Below, piece after piece: positions 1-12,744 of a stretch of DNA of 64,000 bases (position 1 is the first letter of the stretch; each line of letters starts with the position of its first letter). The stretch is from Camelus dromedarius (lineage: Eukaryota). The stretch lies in the NCBI RefSeq assembly GCF_036321535.1, contig NC_087436.1, positions 87,422,001 to 87,486,000 of the forward strand, read 5' to 3'. The notes beneath the pieces are model-generated. The model did no database searches. It was not told the DNA's origin and saw only the letters and a list, made by a program, of their open reading frames with translations. Made by a program: the position numbers and the translations under genes.

Positions 1-705
1 AAGCACAGTGAAACTGCTTCCACTTCCCCTCAGTCCTGACATAAGATGCTGCCTGATGTCAGTTTGCGCTGTTTTGATAGGAAGCCTTGCAGGAACAGAG
101 CTCCGGCGCATAGTCTCAGGAGACATACTATACTTTACACACAGCACAGACTAGCCCTCTGTTCCCTTGTTGAAGATTTTTAAAGCGCTCATTTTCTGTG
201 TATAGAAGTAATTTGAGATCAAAGCTACAGGTGTTTTTGTAGAACACAAACAAACAAAGGACTTGCCTTTCACCAAGAAAAGAAGAGGAAGCCTTCACCT
301 TTTCTCTGAAAGCTTCTCAAATAGCTCCCCTTTATAGCCACGTCCCCATGGGGGAATTAACCTGAATGCTCTTCCTCTCCAAGGGTCCCATTCTTCATGA
401 AAATATGGCACTAATCACACAGGGTTATGGTGAAGTACAGAAGTAAAGATCTGGCTCCCCTGTGACATCTTGCTAGTCTCTGGAAAGATATTATGATAAT
501 TATGAGATGTCTCTGGCCTCAATGAGCTCACAAGATTAAATTTCTCAAAAAATGTCTCAAGAACCACAAGTTCCTTTGAGATCCAAGCTTCCTGCTAATC
601 AGGCTGGTGCTCCTATCCCAGCTTGGCCAGATGGCACCAGCATGTTATTCCACCTGGCCCTCAGGACCAACATGAATCGTGTCCTTGGAGGGCCAATGTA
701 ATTAA

Positions 706-820
706 CACTCATCAGTCAAAAACGATTTATTGAGTGCTTACCAAGAGCAAGGTGAGACAAGCATAGGGATCCAATGCTGAGAGAGAAAAGCACCTTGACT
801 TTTAGGCAATTGCACACTAG
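706..820 (-). mobile_element. L2 LINE 3'-end relic
   Basis: 'atttattgagtgcttacca...' resembles the reverse complement of the L2 3' terminus; highly decayed. Confidence 0.55.
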
Positions 821-861
821 AGGTAAATTTACTTATTGTTGTTATAACTAATGGCTCTTTC

Positions 862-1414
862 TGATACAGGAGAAGGAAATATTACATCTCGGGATGCGTC
901 AGAGTCCCTGGGATGGCCCACCAAGTTAGGGTCTTTGGCTTCATGCAGGAAAGAATTCAAGAGGGAGCTTAAGTAGAGTGAAAGTAGATTTATTCAGGGA
1001 GATACGCACTCCATAGACAGCATGTAGACCGTCTCAGAAGGTGGGAGGGCCCCACGATGTGAGGTTGTTAGTTTTTATGGGCTGGGTAATTTCATATGCT
1101 AATGAGTGGGAGGAATATTCTTGCTATTCTGGGAAAGGGTGTACATTTCTAGGAGTTGGGCCACCACCCACTTTTTGGCCTTTTATGGTCGTCTTCAGAA
1201 CTGTCATGGGACAAGGCCCCCCCTTTTTTTTTTTTTAGTATTATAATGAAGGTATAATGAGTTAGATAGGGGTCAATGACTGGACCATGCTTGACGCCAT
1301 CTTGGTTTCAGGTGGTTCCAGCTGGGTTTTGTGGTATCCTGTTTTTCTCAACAACTGTGTCCCTATTCCTCATTCTTTTAACAGTTGTGCCTTGTCCCCT
1401 TCCTTCCTGTCTCA
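862..1414 (-). mobile_element. ERV1-class solo LTR (MER41/51/57-like architecture)
   Basis: Starts TG (862) and ends CA (1414), flanked by a perfect 4-bp TSD TTTC (858-861, 1415-1418). On the minus strand, AATAAA at 989-994 and a TATA-like CATAAAA near 1072-1079. Confidence 0.85.
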
Positions 1415-1466
1415 TTTCTGCTACTATCCTCTCTATTCCTATCACTGTAAAGTCTTGTGATTTTGA

Positions 1467-1660
1467 GCCTCTGCCATGAAAAAGACATGCCCAGGCTAGG
1501 TCACTGGTCTCAGGGGAAGGGTGAAGACACTGTGGAGCAAAGCTGAGCTGTCCCAGCCCAGCCCAGAGAGCTGACACTCAACTGATCAGCAGCCCCATGA
1601 GGAAAATGATTGCTATTTTAAGCCACTGAGTTTTGATTATGTTTGTTATGCAGAGAATCT
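1467..1660 (+). mobile_element. MaLR MLT1-type LTR 3' portion
   Basis: Typical MLT1 end 'tattttaagccactgagttttg...tttgttatgcag'. Confidence 0.7.
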
Positions 1661-2529
1661 AAGCAGATCCACTGTATGATATTACAGCCCACCTCCCCAA
1701 CACAGCTAGGTCTTGGATAACTGTCTTACAGGTAGGCAAATCTGAATGTTCAAACTACACAACCTCTTTTGTTCCTCACACTATGACTCCTACAGTCTTT
1801 AAAATTTAAAGGGTATAAGAATTATTGCACAATTTATATGCACAACTCATGTATGCAACCCTTGATAGACAAGTCAAAGAATGTTTCAAGGGTAATTTTG
1901 ATTAAGTGAGATTTTCTATTTACTCACTGATTTTAGAATCTAACCCTAAGTAAATTAGAATTCTGTATTTATCAATATTTAGGTTGTACGCTTCTGGAGA
2001 AAGGGACTGTATTATATTTATCTCTGTTTCCACCTACCCCCACTCCACTCCCATGCTAGTTCACTGCTTATTTGAATTGTTTTATAGTTATTAAGCATAG
2101 GGCAGCTTTTCTAGAGAACTCTGGGGACACAGTTTGTTGCTGCCAAAAGCTTGCAAGCTAAGGTGTGTAAGCACTCATTCAAAAATTACATATATCTTTT
2201 AATTGAAAATTTAAAATAAAGCCAGGAAATCCTAGTCTCTTGGGTGTACATTTCCCTTGCCAATTAAAGCAGCACAAATTTCTTCCTCTCTGCCAATCAG
2301 GTGCAAATTGGAAATAGGATATTTTAGAAAAATTTTCCCTCCCTCAGATTTCCTCACACAGCTGCTCTCAGCTCACACACCCTGACACTTATGAAGTGCC
2401 CCACGAACTTATGCACTTGCAGGAGGCACACTCAACGTTCTGGCCCAGGAACTGGGACTCCTCCCGGGGGGACCTGCCCAAAGTTCCCGTTCTGGCTGCA
2501 GAGGATACAGCCCATTTCTCCTCCCAAAC

Positions 2530-2670
2530 CTGCCCCCTGTGTGATCTAGGTCAACACAGCCAACCTCCTTTGTTTGTCCAGCTGGACATTAGGGATAATG
2601 ATACCTAACTACCTCTCCAGGGCATCAAGGAGTTCAACGATTAATCACATTGAGGCCCTTGGCTGAAAAG
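2530..2670 (+). mobile_element. MIR SINE relic
   Basis: Degenerate MIR core 'ctgtgtgatctaggtcaa...gggataatgatacctaactacctc'. Confidence 0.55.
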
Positions 2671-3319
2671 TGCCAATGAAAGGCGAGCAGGAGAGAGGAA
2701 ACACCCTTTGGCAGAAAAGGAGGCAAGGTCCTGCAGAGAAAGCCCTCCAACAGACCAGCTGCTCCCCTCCCACCTTTTAGATTCCCCAGGCGTTAACCAG
2801 AATCTAACCTACTGGTCCCCAACTGCAGGGTCCCATGTTAACTTATCTCAGAGCCCCTCCCTTTTAACTTTTGTTTAAGAGGAAGTACCCCCTGCCCCCA
2901 CTGCTACTTCCTGGAGGGTGGCCCCCACCAATAGTTCTCTCTGACCACCTTTCTCACACCTCCAATTCTTTCCTTAGCTTCAAAGGCTGGAGATTAGTGG
3001 TCAGTGAAGGGCTATCCCAGTTTTCTGCAACCTCTTGTTGCAAGTCCTGCCTGGTGGTCTCACACCTCACTTTGGAATGTGGCTTCTGTATCTTGACACC
3101 TCAGGTAAATTGAGACAAGAAGAGTCCAATTTTAACAGCCTGATATTTTGCTTGTAAATTGCCAGGCTCCTAAACACCTGATAAATTTTGCTGAATAAAT
3201 ATTGCTCTTGTTTTCTCTACAGTTTGTTTTGTTTTGTTACTGTGCTTTGACTCTGCACCTGAAATTTAAGTTCCTCTAGGACTGAGATTATGCCTTGCAC
3301 AGAGCAGGACCTCCATGAG

Positions 3320-3450
3320 TCCAAGCAACTCAATGTATGGTCCTGGAACCACCAGCATCAGTTACATGAAAGCTTGTTTAAACTGCAGAATCTGGCATCC
3401 ATGTGTCCAGGCTGCATTAACTGACTTGAAGCAAGAATCTGTATTCTTCC
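3320..3450. mobile_element. MER5A-like hAT MITE fragment
   Basis: 'ggtcctggaaccaccagcatcag...gcttgtttaaactgcagaatct' resembles MER5A. Confidence 0.55.
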
Positions 3451-4493
3451 AGGGGTATGTATTTACAGGAGGGTCTGTCCTAAGCAAGAGGGGCTCAGAG
3501 GTTTGGGAACTGGGGAAGGAGGAAACAAAGACTAGGGGGCAGAGGCTTATTGACAGCTGTAGTGATGGCTATTTAAAGAATGGGTCTCAATGGAAGTTTC
3601 ATTGTTAGTTGTCTTAGCAAGGTGCAACCAAATTTCCTTGCTTTCTGTTTCTCTTTCCAAGAGCAATTTGTACTTTTACACCACCAAAGAAACAAAATCA
3701 GTCCTGATCTAACACAGCATATTTAGTATACTTTTGACAGTTTTATCATGCTTCTAATGTTACGTATCTTCCCTTTTTGTAATTTAAGAAAGGTACATGT
3801 TCAGTCCATCCTCCAGTACACAGTCTACCCCCATACACTAAATTTATTGTTGAAGTGTTTGATTTCTTTGAGATTTCCTTCTATTGTGCCTAATCCAATG
3901 CCCTACACACATACCGTAAACACTCAATAAACTTTCCAGTCTCCTATCAATAGAGTTTCGATGAGCAGTTCAGTGATTAGTAGGAGAGAATGGCAAACCC
4001 AAAGCATTAGGATTATAACATATTGGCCTAGATATTTATAACATAAAAATCTTTGTTGGAAAGAGGAAAGAGAATTATGAGGAGAGACCGAGTCTATAAA
4101 TGGGTGAGGTAATTAGAAACACCTGGTGTGCAAAGATCAGTGACTGTGTTAATATTTTTGTACGGATAATCACAATTTCAGTTATTTTCCAACACTGCAG
4201 ATTTTTGTACTGGCTCCTATTGTTAAAGTATGCACCTGGAAATCTTAAGGAAAACTTTTGTCTCCTGTTGAGCTCATCTTAAATGTTGGCTAGAATTTCA
4301 TTTTTATTAGGGGAAACTTTATAGTTATTATCTGGAATAATGAGTACATGCCTTGAAGTGAACAAGGATTTCCCGGGGGGAAGTTTCACTGTTACAAACT
4401 GAGAACATTCAAGATGTAAGGAATAAAGTCAACATAGGAACTGGGCGTCCATTTCTCCCTACTGACTTGCTTGATCGTTTTTAACCTCTGCAG

Positions 4494-4594
4494 AGCATTA
4501 TATCAGATTCTTTGGATTTGACTTCACACGCAAGCTGGAAGAAGAATCCCGTGAAGGACTGATCGCTAACTATACAGTGCTGTACACAATGTGA
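4494..4594 (+). other. Candidate terminal exon of a gene lying upstream of the window (unidentified)
   Basis: Branch-point-like TACTGAC (4460-4466), pyrimidine tract and CAG acceptor (4491-4493), then non-repeat sequence. One frame reads SIISDSLDLTSHASWKKNPVKD* (4494-4562) and another reads HYIRFFGFDFTRKLEEESREGLIANYTVLYTM* (4496-4594). Neither peptide is recognised. Confidence 0.35.
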
Positions 4595-4654
4595 TGTTGT
4601 ATATTTGGAGGGCAAATGTGGAGTCTCTGAGCCTTTCCCAATGGATGAGAGTAT

Positions 4655-7590
4655 GAAGACAGTAAAGAGAATCAACAAAACCAAATGTTGATTCTTTGGA
4701 AATATTAACAAAATTGACAAAACTGCAGCTAGGCTAACAAGAACCAAAGAACAAAGATTCAAATTACTAAAATCAGGAATGAAGGAGAAAGCTATTAGCA
4801 TTGACCTTCCAGAAATAAAAAGGATTATAAGGAAATATTATGAATAATCAATTTATCTGGATGATATGGAGAAATTCCTAAAAAATACAAAACAGCAAAA
4901 CTGACTCAAGAAGAAATAGAAAATTTAAATAAACTTAGAACAAGTAAACAGATTGACTTAGTCATTTAAAAACTTTCCACAAAGAAAAGCCCAGGCCGAG
5001 AGGACTTACTCCTGAATTCTACTAACCATGTAAAGAGGAATTCGTGCCAATTCTTTTCAAGTTCTTCCAAAAAAATAGAAAAGGAGGAAATAGTCCCCAG
5101 CTCATTCTATGAAGCCAGTATAATCCTGTTACCAAAAAGAGACAAAGACATCACAGAAAAGGAAATTATGGACCAACACCCTTATGAACATAGATGTAAT
5201 AATCCTCAATAAAATACTAATGAAGTTAATCTAGTAATGTATTAAAAAGGAATTATGCAACATGATCAAGTGGAATTTAACCCAAAAATGCAGGTTTGGT
5301 TTGATATCTGAAAATCAGTTAATATAACATAACATATTAACAGAATAAAGGACAGAAACACATGATCATCTTAATAGATGGGGGGAAGAGCATTTGATAA
5401 AACTCAGCCCTCTTTCAAGATAAAAATAAGCATCAAACTAGGAATAAAAGGGAAATATGTTAAATTGATGAAGCATCTACAAAACACTGACAGCTAGCAT
5501 CAAACTTAATGGTGAAAGACTGAAAGATTTCCTCCTAAGGTCAGGAACAAGATGTCTTTTTTCATCGCTCATTCAACATAATATTGAAAGTTCCAGCCAG
5601 GGCAATTAGGCAATAAAATGAAACAAAGTTATCCAGATTGAAAAGAAAGAAGTAAAACTCTCCTTATTCTCAGATGACATGATCTTATATATAAAAAATA
5701 CTTGGGAATCCACCAAAAAATTCTTATGAGGTCAGGAGGCTGAAGGATATAAGATCAGTATTCAAAAATCAATTTTATTTCTATGCTCTAGCAATGAAAA
5801 GTGCAGCAATAAAATTCAGCAAACCATTCCATTTATAATTATATCAAAAATAATAAAATAACTTGCAATAAATTTAAAGAAAGAAGTGTGAGACCTGCAT
5901 GACAGAAACTATAAAACACTGCAGAAAACAATTGAAGAAGACCTAAACAATTGGAAAACATCCCATGTTCATAGGTTGGAATGCTCAATGTTATTAAGAT
6001 GCCATTGTTACCCAAATTAATGTCAGATTTCCAGCACACTCTTTATCAAATTCCCAGCTATCTTTTTTTCAAAGTTGCCAAGTTAATTCTAAAATTAATA
6101 TGGAATGGACAGAACCAGAAATAGTCAATACAATCTTGAAAAAGAACAATATTCTTCACACTTCCCCATTTCAAAACTAATTTACAAAACTACAATAGTC
6201 AAGATTGTGTGGTACTGCCATAGGATAAACATACAGATCAGTGGAATAGAACCAAGAGTCTGGAAAGAAACTCTTACATGCATGGTCAGTTGATTTTTGA
6301 CAAAGGTACCAAATCAACAATCTGGAGAAAGGGTAGTCTTTTAAACAATATAGTACTAAAATCACTGAATAGCCACATGCAAAAGAATAAAGCTGGGCCC
6401 CTATCTCAAACTATATTAAAAAAATTTACTCCAGTGTAAAATTAAAACTATGAAATTCTTAGAAGGAAACATAGAAGTAAATCTTTGTGACCTCAAGGTA
6501 GGCAATGGTTTCTTAGTAACTGCACCAAAAAATCCAAGCAACAAAATAAAAATAGATAAATCAGACTTCATCAAAATTAAAACTTCTGTGCTTCAAAGGA
6601 TACCATTAAGAAAGTAAAAAGACAACCCACAGAATGGGAGAAAATATTTCAAATCATATATCTGAAAAGATACTTCTGTCTAAAATATGTAAAGAATGCT
6701 TACAGCTCAACAATAACAAAAGAAATAACCCTATTAATAAATAGGAAAACTATTTGAGTAGACAATTCTCCAAAGCAGATGTACCAATTGCCAATAATCA
6801 CACAACACAATGTTTAATAGTATTATTAAGGAAATGCAGAGCAAAACTACAATGAGGTACTACTTCACTTCTACTAGGATGGCTGAAATAATAAAAGACA
6901 GATGATACCAAGTGTTGGAGTGGAAGTGGAGAAATTGCAGCCTTCATTTGTTGTTGGTGGGAATATGAAATCATGCAGCTGCTTTGGAAGTTTCTGAAAG
7001 GTTAAACATATAGTTAATCTATGACCCAGCAATTCTGCCCTTAAGTCTATACCCAAGAAAAACAAAAACATATGTCCATACAAAACATAAACACATGTGT
7101 TCAGAGAAACATTATTCACAATAACCAAAAAGTGGAAACCACCTAAATGTCCAGAAACCTGTGAAAGAATAAACCAAATTTTGTATATCCAAATATTATT
7201 CAGCCATGAAAAAGAATGAAGACTGACACATGCTGAATCATCGGTGAGCCTTGAAAACCTTCTGCTAACTGAAATAAGCCAGACCACATATTCCATGGCT
7301 TCATTTCTGTGAAGTAGAATGGGCAAATCCATATGGACAGAAAGTAGATGAGAGAGTGCCAGGATCAGGGTGGAGGGTGGGGTGGGAGCAGGAATGGAAA
7401 ATGACTGCTATTGGGTACAGGGTTTTTTGGCAGGGGGAGGAGTTACAAAAACATTCTAAAACTAGATTGTGGTGATGGTTGCATAATTCTGAGAATACTT
7501 AGTCACTAAATTGCACATATTAAAAGGGTGAATTTTTTGGTAAGTAAATCATATCTTAATCATAGGCTGTTGTTGAAAAAAAGAAAGAAA
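4655..7590 (+). mobile_element. Decayed 5'-truncated LINE-1 (L1MB-like): ORF2 reverse transcriptase and C-terminal remnants plus 3'UTR
   Basis: Continuous L1 ORF2 homology with many stops and frameshifts. RT motif remnant F-S-D-D-M-I-L-Y at 5667-5690. L1MB-type 3'UTR ('gggcaaatccata...gattgtggtgatggttgca'), G-rich tract near 7368-7386, A-rich tail near 7576-7590. Confidence 0.93.
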
Positions 7591-7734
7591 CAGGAATCTG
7601 GGACCCCACATATAGCAGCACTTTGAAGATCAGTGAGGGAGGGTTTTAACTATAGTATCTTCTGTATTTATTGAACATATACCTGGTGCTGTATTTTTTT
7701 ATTTCTTTACATCTTCCCTAAACCCTTTTGTGCC

Positions 7735-8206
7735 TCTAACATTTCCCCTGCACTCCTGATTCTTGTCTGCAACTTTGTACTTGGATTTGCAATAGGCATC
7801 TCGGATTGTGCATATCCTGAAATGAACTCTTGATTTTCTTCAAACCTGCTTCTTCTCTACTTTTCTCCTTCCTAGTAATTGGAATCACCATCCACCCGAC
7901 CGGGCAAACCAAAAACTCAGCTGCCGCCTCAGTTACAATCTTTCCTCCCACATCCCTCAGCAAGTCTTGATTACAGAATTCTAAAATATATTATGAATCC
8001 CTTTACCTAAGATACCTACCTTCTGCTACCACCCTAAATCCAAGCCCCCAGCATCTCTCATCTGGGCTACTATTCAGCTGGGCTCTGGTCTATCTCCTGT
8101 CTTCTACTCTTGCCTCTCTAAAACTCAGTCTGTCTACAGCAGCAGGCTAACTTTTAAATACATAAATCAGATCATGTCACTCTCTTGCTTAAAAATCTTA
8201 GGGCTT
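7735..8206 (+). mobile_element. L2 LINE, 5' part of a copy split by a MaLR insertion
   Basis: L2a-like motifs 'cttggatttgcaataggcatctc', 'aaatcagatcatgtcactctcttgcttaaaa'. Homology resumes at ~9842. Confidence 0.8.
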
Positions 8207-8743
8207 TGTGGTAGTCAACCTTAAAGATGGCCTCAATGATATCTGCTTTCTTGTATTCATGCCCTTGTAGATTCTCTTCCCACACTGAACAGGGCTGACC
8301 TGTGAAACCACTAGGATGTTGTGGAACTGATGCTTTGAAAATTCCAGGGCCAGGACATACACGCTGCAGATTTCATCTTACCTCTTCTTGTATCACTTGC
8401 TTTGGGGGAAACCAGCTGCCACTTCATAAGGACGTTCAAGCAGCCCATGGAGTTGGCTGCATGACAAGGTACTGAGGTTTCTTGCTGACAACCAACACCA
8501 ACTCGCCAGTTATATGAATGTGCCATATTGGAAGTGGACATTCCAGCCCTAATCAAGTCTTCAGTGACTGCAGCCCTTGCCAGTACCTTGATTATAATCT
8601 CATGAGAGACTGTGAGTGGAAATACCCAACTAGGTTGCTCCCAGAGTCCTGACTCTCAGAAACTATGTGAAATAAAAACTATCTATTTCTTTACACCACT
8701 AGGTTTTGGGGAAATTTATTCCATGACAATTGATAACCACTGT
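8207..8743 (+). mobile_element. MaLR MLT1F-like LTR
   Basis: Starts 'tgtggtag...aagatggcctc', includes 'ggaagtggacattccagccc', AATAAA near 8671, and is followed directly by the MLT1-internal start 'gattttggtac'. Confidence 0.85.
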
Positions 8744-8797
8744 AGATTTTGGTACATGGAAGTCAGGTGCTACCATAAGAAAAACAGAATTCGGGAT

Positions 8798-9352
8798 TGA
8801 TCCGACTAAGCAGGACCCAGTGGGGCCCTCCTGGGCATAAAAGCCTTTCCATGTGCCCCATTTCTTGTTTGTAGGAAAAAAGGCTTTCAGCCTAGTAGAC
8901 CTTCCCTAAAGTTCCAAAGGGCAGATTCAGTTACTAATTAGGAGAGTGAGGGAATGCCGAAAGAAATAATAGTGCAGTGATGAGGCAGGGCCTCAGTAAC
9001 TCCTTAGGGAACATGGATAACAATTTGATACACATCTCTTAGCCCCCCACCCAGGTGGATTATGGTAACTTCAGGCTGAGCACAAGCATGTGGACCTCAG
9101 ATTGGTTGGAACCAGAAGGCTGATGATTGAGATTCCTGGAACACTACCTTGTTACCTCATTACCAACCAATCAGAGGAGCCTTCCCCACAAATTCTGCCT
9201 ATAACAACTTCTTCCCTTTAGGTCTTTTGAGCACAAGCCACCCTTCTTGTTTGCTTGGCCCTTGCAATAAACCTTTCTCTGCTCCAAAGTCTGATGTTTC
9301 TGTTTGTTTGGGCTCACTGTGCTTCGGGCCCATGAACTTGGGTTTGACAACA
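8798..9352 (+). mobile_element. ERV1-class solo LTR nested in MLT1-internal sequence
   Basis: TG...CA termini, near-TSD GGAT/GGAG, CCAAT near 9167, AATAAA at 9266-9271. Both ends resemble the LTR at 43020-43493. Confidence 0.8.
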
Positions 9353-9841
9353 GGAGTAGAAGCTGAAAGAACTTTCAGGAAAGTGTGCTAGTGAAAAATC
9401 TAAGGAGTTTTGAGGAAGGATTAGCAGAAGCCCACTGACCCTAGAGGATGCTACCAGAGAGAACTTAAAGGGAAGGAAGAAAGGGACACTAGAAATTGGA
9501 GGAAAGGAGTACACAATGGTAGAAAGTTTAGCAACACTAAACTGTGGGATTGTGGGAAACAGAAAATGTGCCCAGTGAACTGGCTGACCCAGGTAAGGAA
9601 ATTTCCAGGCAGAGCATTAAAGGAGCCTCCTGTTCTTCTTCCTGCTTATATTTAAATGCAAGAGAAAAAAGATACAATCAAGGAAAGATTGTTAAACAAA
9701 AGGAGCCTGGACTTGCAGGTTTTGAAAATTCTCAGCTTCTTCTAATGGCAAAGAATAAGATTAAGAAATAGCTTGGAGGCAAACATCAGTTCTATCGCAG
9801 CAATCCATGATTTGTTACACAGCAGTAGATAACTTACATAC
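9353..9841 (+). mobile_element. MLT1-internal sequence plus terminal remnant of the 3' LTR
   Basis: MaLR-int motifs ('gaaattggaggaaagg', 'aaggaaatttccaggcagag', 'ttttgaaaattctcagc'); ends with the MLT1 terminus 'atttgttacacagcagtagataac'. Confidence 0.75.
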
Positions 9842-10448
9842 TTTCCATCACATTCAGGATAAAGTCTCTAATTCTTTACCAAGGGCTTTAAAATTCCCTT
9901 TTATCTACTATCCAGCTGATCAAACCCTTGTACCACTCTCCTCCCACCTCACTGGGCTCACTGGGCCTGGCCAGGCTGAATTTCTCATACATTCTCAAAC
10001 ACACCAAGCTCTTTTCCATCTAAATGACTTTGTATTTTCTATTCCCTCGATTTCAAATGCTCTTTCCCCATGAATAACTCTTTCTTGTCATTCAATTCTT
10101 TCCTTTTTATTTAGATCAAATGTATTTAGAACAAATACAAAAAGAAGGATTACATGAGGAGTCAAAGTTTCTCTAAGGAGGTAACATTTCAGCTGTGGTC
10201 TGAATGACAAGAAAGAGTTATTAGTAAGTATCATTCAAGAGCTGGTATTATTTTTCATTCATGGATTTGTCTATATTTTAATTGTCTGTACACCCCATCA
10301 GAAATGTCAACTCCATGAGAAACCCTGTCTTTCTTATTTACCACTACATCCTCAGTACTTAGAACAGTTCCCAGCACATAGCAGGAGAACAATAAATGTG
10401 TAGTAAATGAACAAATGAATGAATAAATGAATGAATGAATGAATGAAT
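9842..10448 (+). mobile_element. L2 LINE, 3' part with (GAAT)n tail
   Basis: Continues the L2 interrupted at 8206; canonical 3' end 'cttagaacagttcccagcacatagcagg...aataaatg' and (GAAT)n at ~10416-10448. Confidence 0.8.
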
Positions 10449-11397
10449 ACTAGTTTAGGGAACAGGGGCTAGATGCCACAGCTAGAAAGGATGAAACTGG
10501 TAACTCAACATCCATGCCCTTAACCTCACACCTCAATAATCTGAATATTTCTGGTGAAATTGATATTGTTAATTACTTCAGTTCTCTAGACATAGTGGCA
10601 CAACCTTTTTCAAATGGATTAACAGAAATGCACAACATACCTGGAACAAAATAACATTATAAAATATTAGTTCAGGAAACTCTTATTTTACTGAAGATGC
10701 AAAGTCTGAAAAAGTATTCATTTCATTTGATCTTTTCTTTCTATATAATTTCCATAAAATTTTCCTTCCTTCTACCAGACTCGGGTAAGTAAGGATTTGG
10801 GATTTCATCCTTTGTCCCTTTCTTCCTCTTAATAAATTTCACAGGAAAAAAATACGACCAAAGAAAAGCCCATGGCAGGGAATAATGAACATTGAGGGGC
10901 CATATGGAACCAAGTGGAAGCCATTAGAGTCACTTCATCTTGATTGGGGAATAAAATCACTCTGGCAAGTGCAGTCATGACATGAATTCATTGCCACATG
11001 GCGGTGAGTGTTCTGGCTGGGTGATTATTTTTGTAACTCCATCTGCCTGGCATCACCAGAGCCTCCAACAGCATGCTGGAACATTGAGACAATCTCACCT
11101 CGGGGGGAGAATCCAAGCTCTTTCATTACTGGGTTTGTCTGGGGCTGATGGGGGTCCTTTCCAGCTGAGAGTTCTGTTCTGATCTCACTAGGGGTGAAGT
11201 CCATTACTTCTCTGGGATGGCCCTATTGGCTCACTCAGCAACACTCAACCATTTTAGCTTCATATTGAAAGCTTTTCTTGAGCCAAGGAGGCAGGAAATA
11301 TAAATAGCAACCGGCTTTAAAAACTGTGGACAAATTGTGTTTCATTCATAGTCTTCTAACCAGTAAGTCTTACTCCACCCCATCATAATCCTTCAAA

Positions 11398-11497
11398 ACA
11401 CTCACACACACACATTCTCACCACACACATTGACACATAACACACACCATACACATACATTACATATAAATATGCACATATACACATACATACACAA
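11398..11497. repeat. Degenerate (CA)n/(CATA)n microsatellite
   Basis: Directly visible low-complexity CA-rich run. Confidence 0.8.
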
Positions 11498-12409
11498 CCA
11501 CCCCCTTAACAGCAACCCTTTCAAATTAGCATAAAAACACAGAGGCTCTGGTTGATTTCCATACTTGTATCTTTCTAGGCTACCTTCTTAATATCCTGGA
11601 TTTATTCTTAATTGAAATTTCTTTGCAAGTTATGTGCTCAAACTCAGGTAGTTAATGCTTTCTCTCCAGGATTGTAAACAGAGAAGTTAGGAAGGGTGAA
11701 CTGAAGTTAACAGTGAAAATATTTCCTGTAATCCATGGAGCCCGCATGGCTTGGTCTTTACCTAAGTGCTCATCCCAAGTAACCAGAGTGGCAAACTGCA
11801 GTGCGAATTGGTAGTTACGGTGGGCAGCGGCAGTGTAGTGTCTACACATGGAGACACTTGAATTCTCAACTTCTAATACTTCCTGTGCTCTCTGTCTAGA
11901 GCAACATTTTAATTTAGGATTCGGCTTCAAATCCTCTCTCGAATAAACTGAAAGAGAAAGAAAGGAAGAGAGAGAGAGACTGAGAATTTGTTTCATACAT
12001 GTTACTTGGCCTTGATGGTATCCACTGAAAAGATGATTTGACATATAGGAAGGGGTAGGGGTAATTTGGAGAAATTGAGGCAGAGTGTCCCTGCTTTACT
12101 TGTGGATACAGGCCCAGACCAGCCATCAGAAGACCCTTATCAGCTTGACCAGGCACATTTCCTAGGGAACCACAGGCTTGCCTGATCCCATACTCCAAGA
12201 AGCTTCCATAGATAGCAATTTGTCCTCAGGATACATAGATTCCATTAGCCCCAGCTGTGATTTTCAAAGCCCACAAGCCCATCATCTATACCAACAAATG
12301 TTTTTGTGTCCTTCCTGATCTCTCAACCACCAAAAATCATTTAAAAATGCCACTATCTGCTACTGTTTATGGAATGTTTGTAGGCTGAATGAGGTTTGCA
12401 TCATGGGAT

Positions 12410-12615
12410 GGACAATTCACTGACCTAGGAATTAGAGGATGTGTATTCCAGTCCTCTGCTGGGATGTACTGCCTGTGTAAATCTGGGCAAATCCTGGACC
12501 TCTCTGAGACTCAGTCTCCCCATCTTTAAAATGGAGACAGAGGTAAAATTTGCTCTCCCAAACACACAAGTCAGGATCAAAGGACTCAAATATGTGAAAC
12601 AGCCCTAGAATGTGT
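12410..12615 (+). mobile_element. MIR SINE
   Basis: Core 'ctgggcaaatcctggacctctctgagactcagtctccccatctttaaaatggagac'. Confidence 0.75.
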
Positions 12616-12744
12616 GTTCCAAAGGAAAGGCATTGTTACGATTTATGTCAGCTTCACAGTTTGTTTTAGGGGGCTGCAAGGAGCCCAGTTGGAGAAATCT
12701 TTAATACCCTCCTCCACCCCATGCAAGCGTGTTGTAGTATATAT

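Noticed and set aside
6874..7332. 152-aa minus-strand ORF
   Set aside because: Antisense reading of the L1 ORF2 end and 3'UTR.
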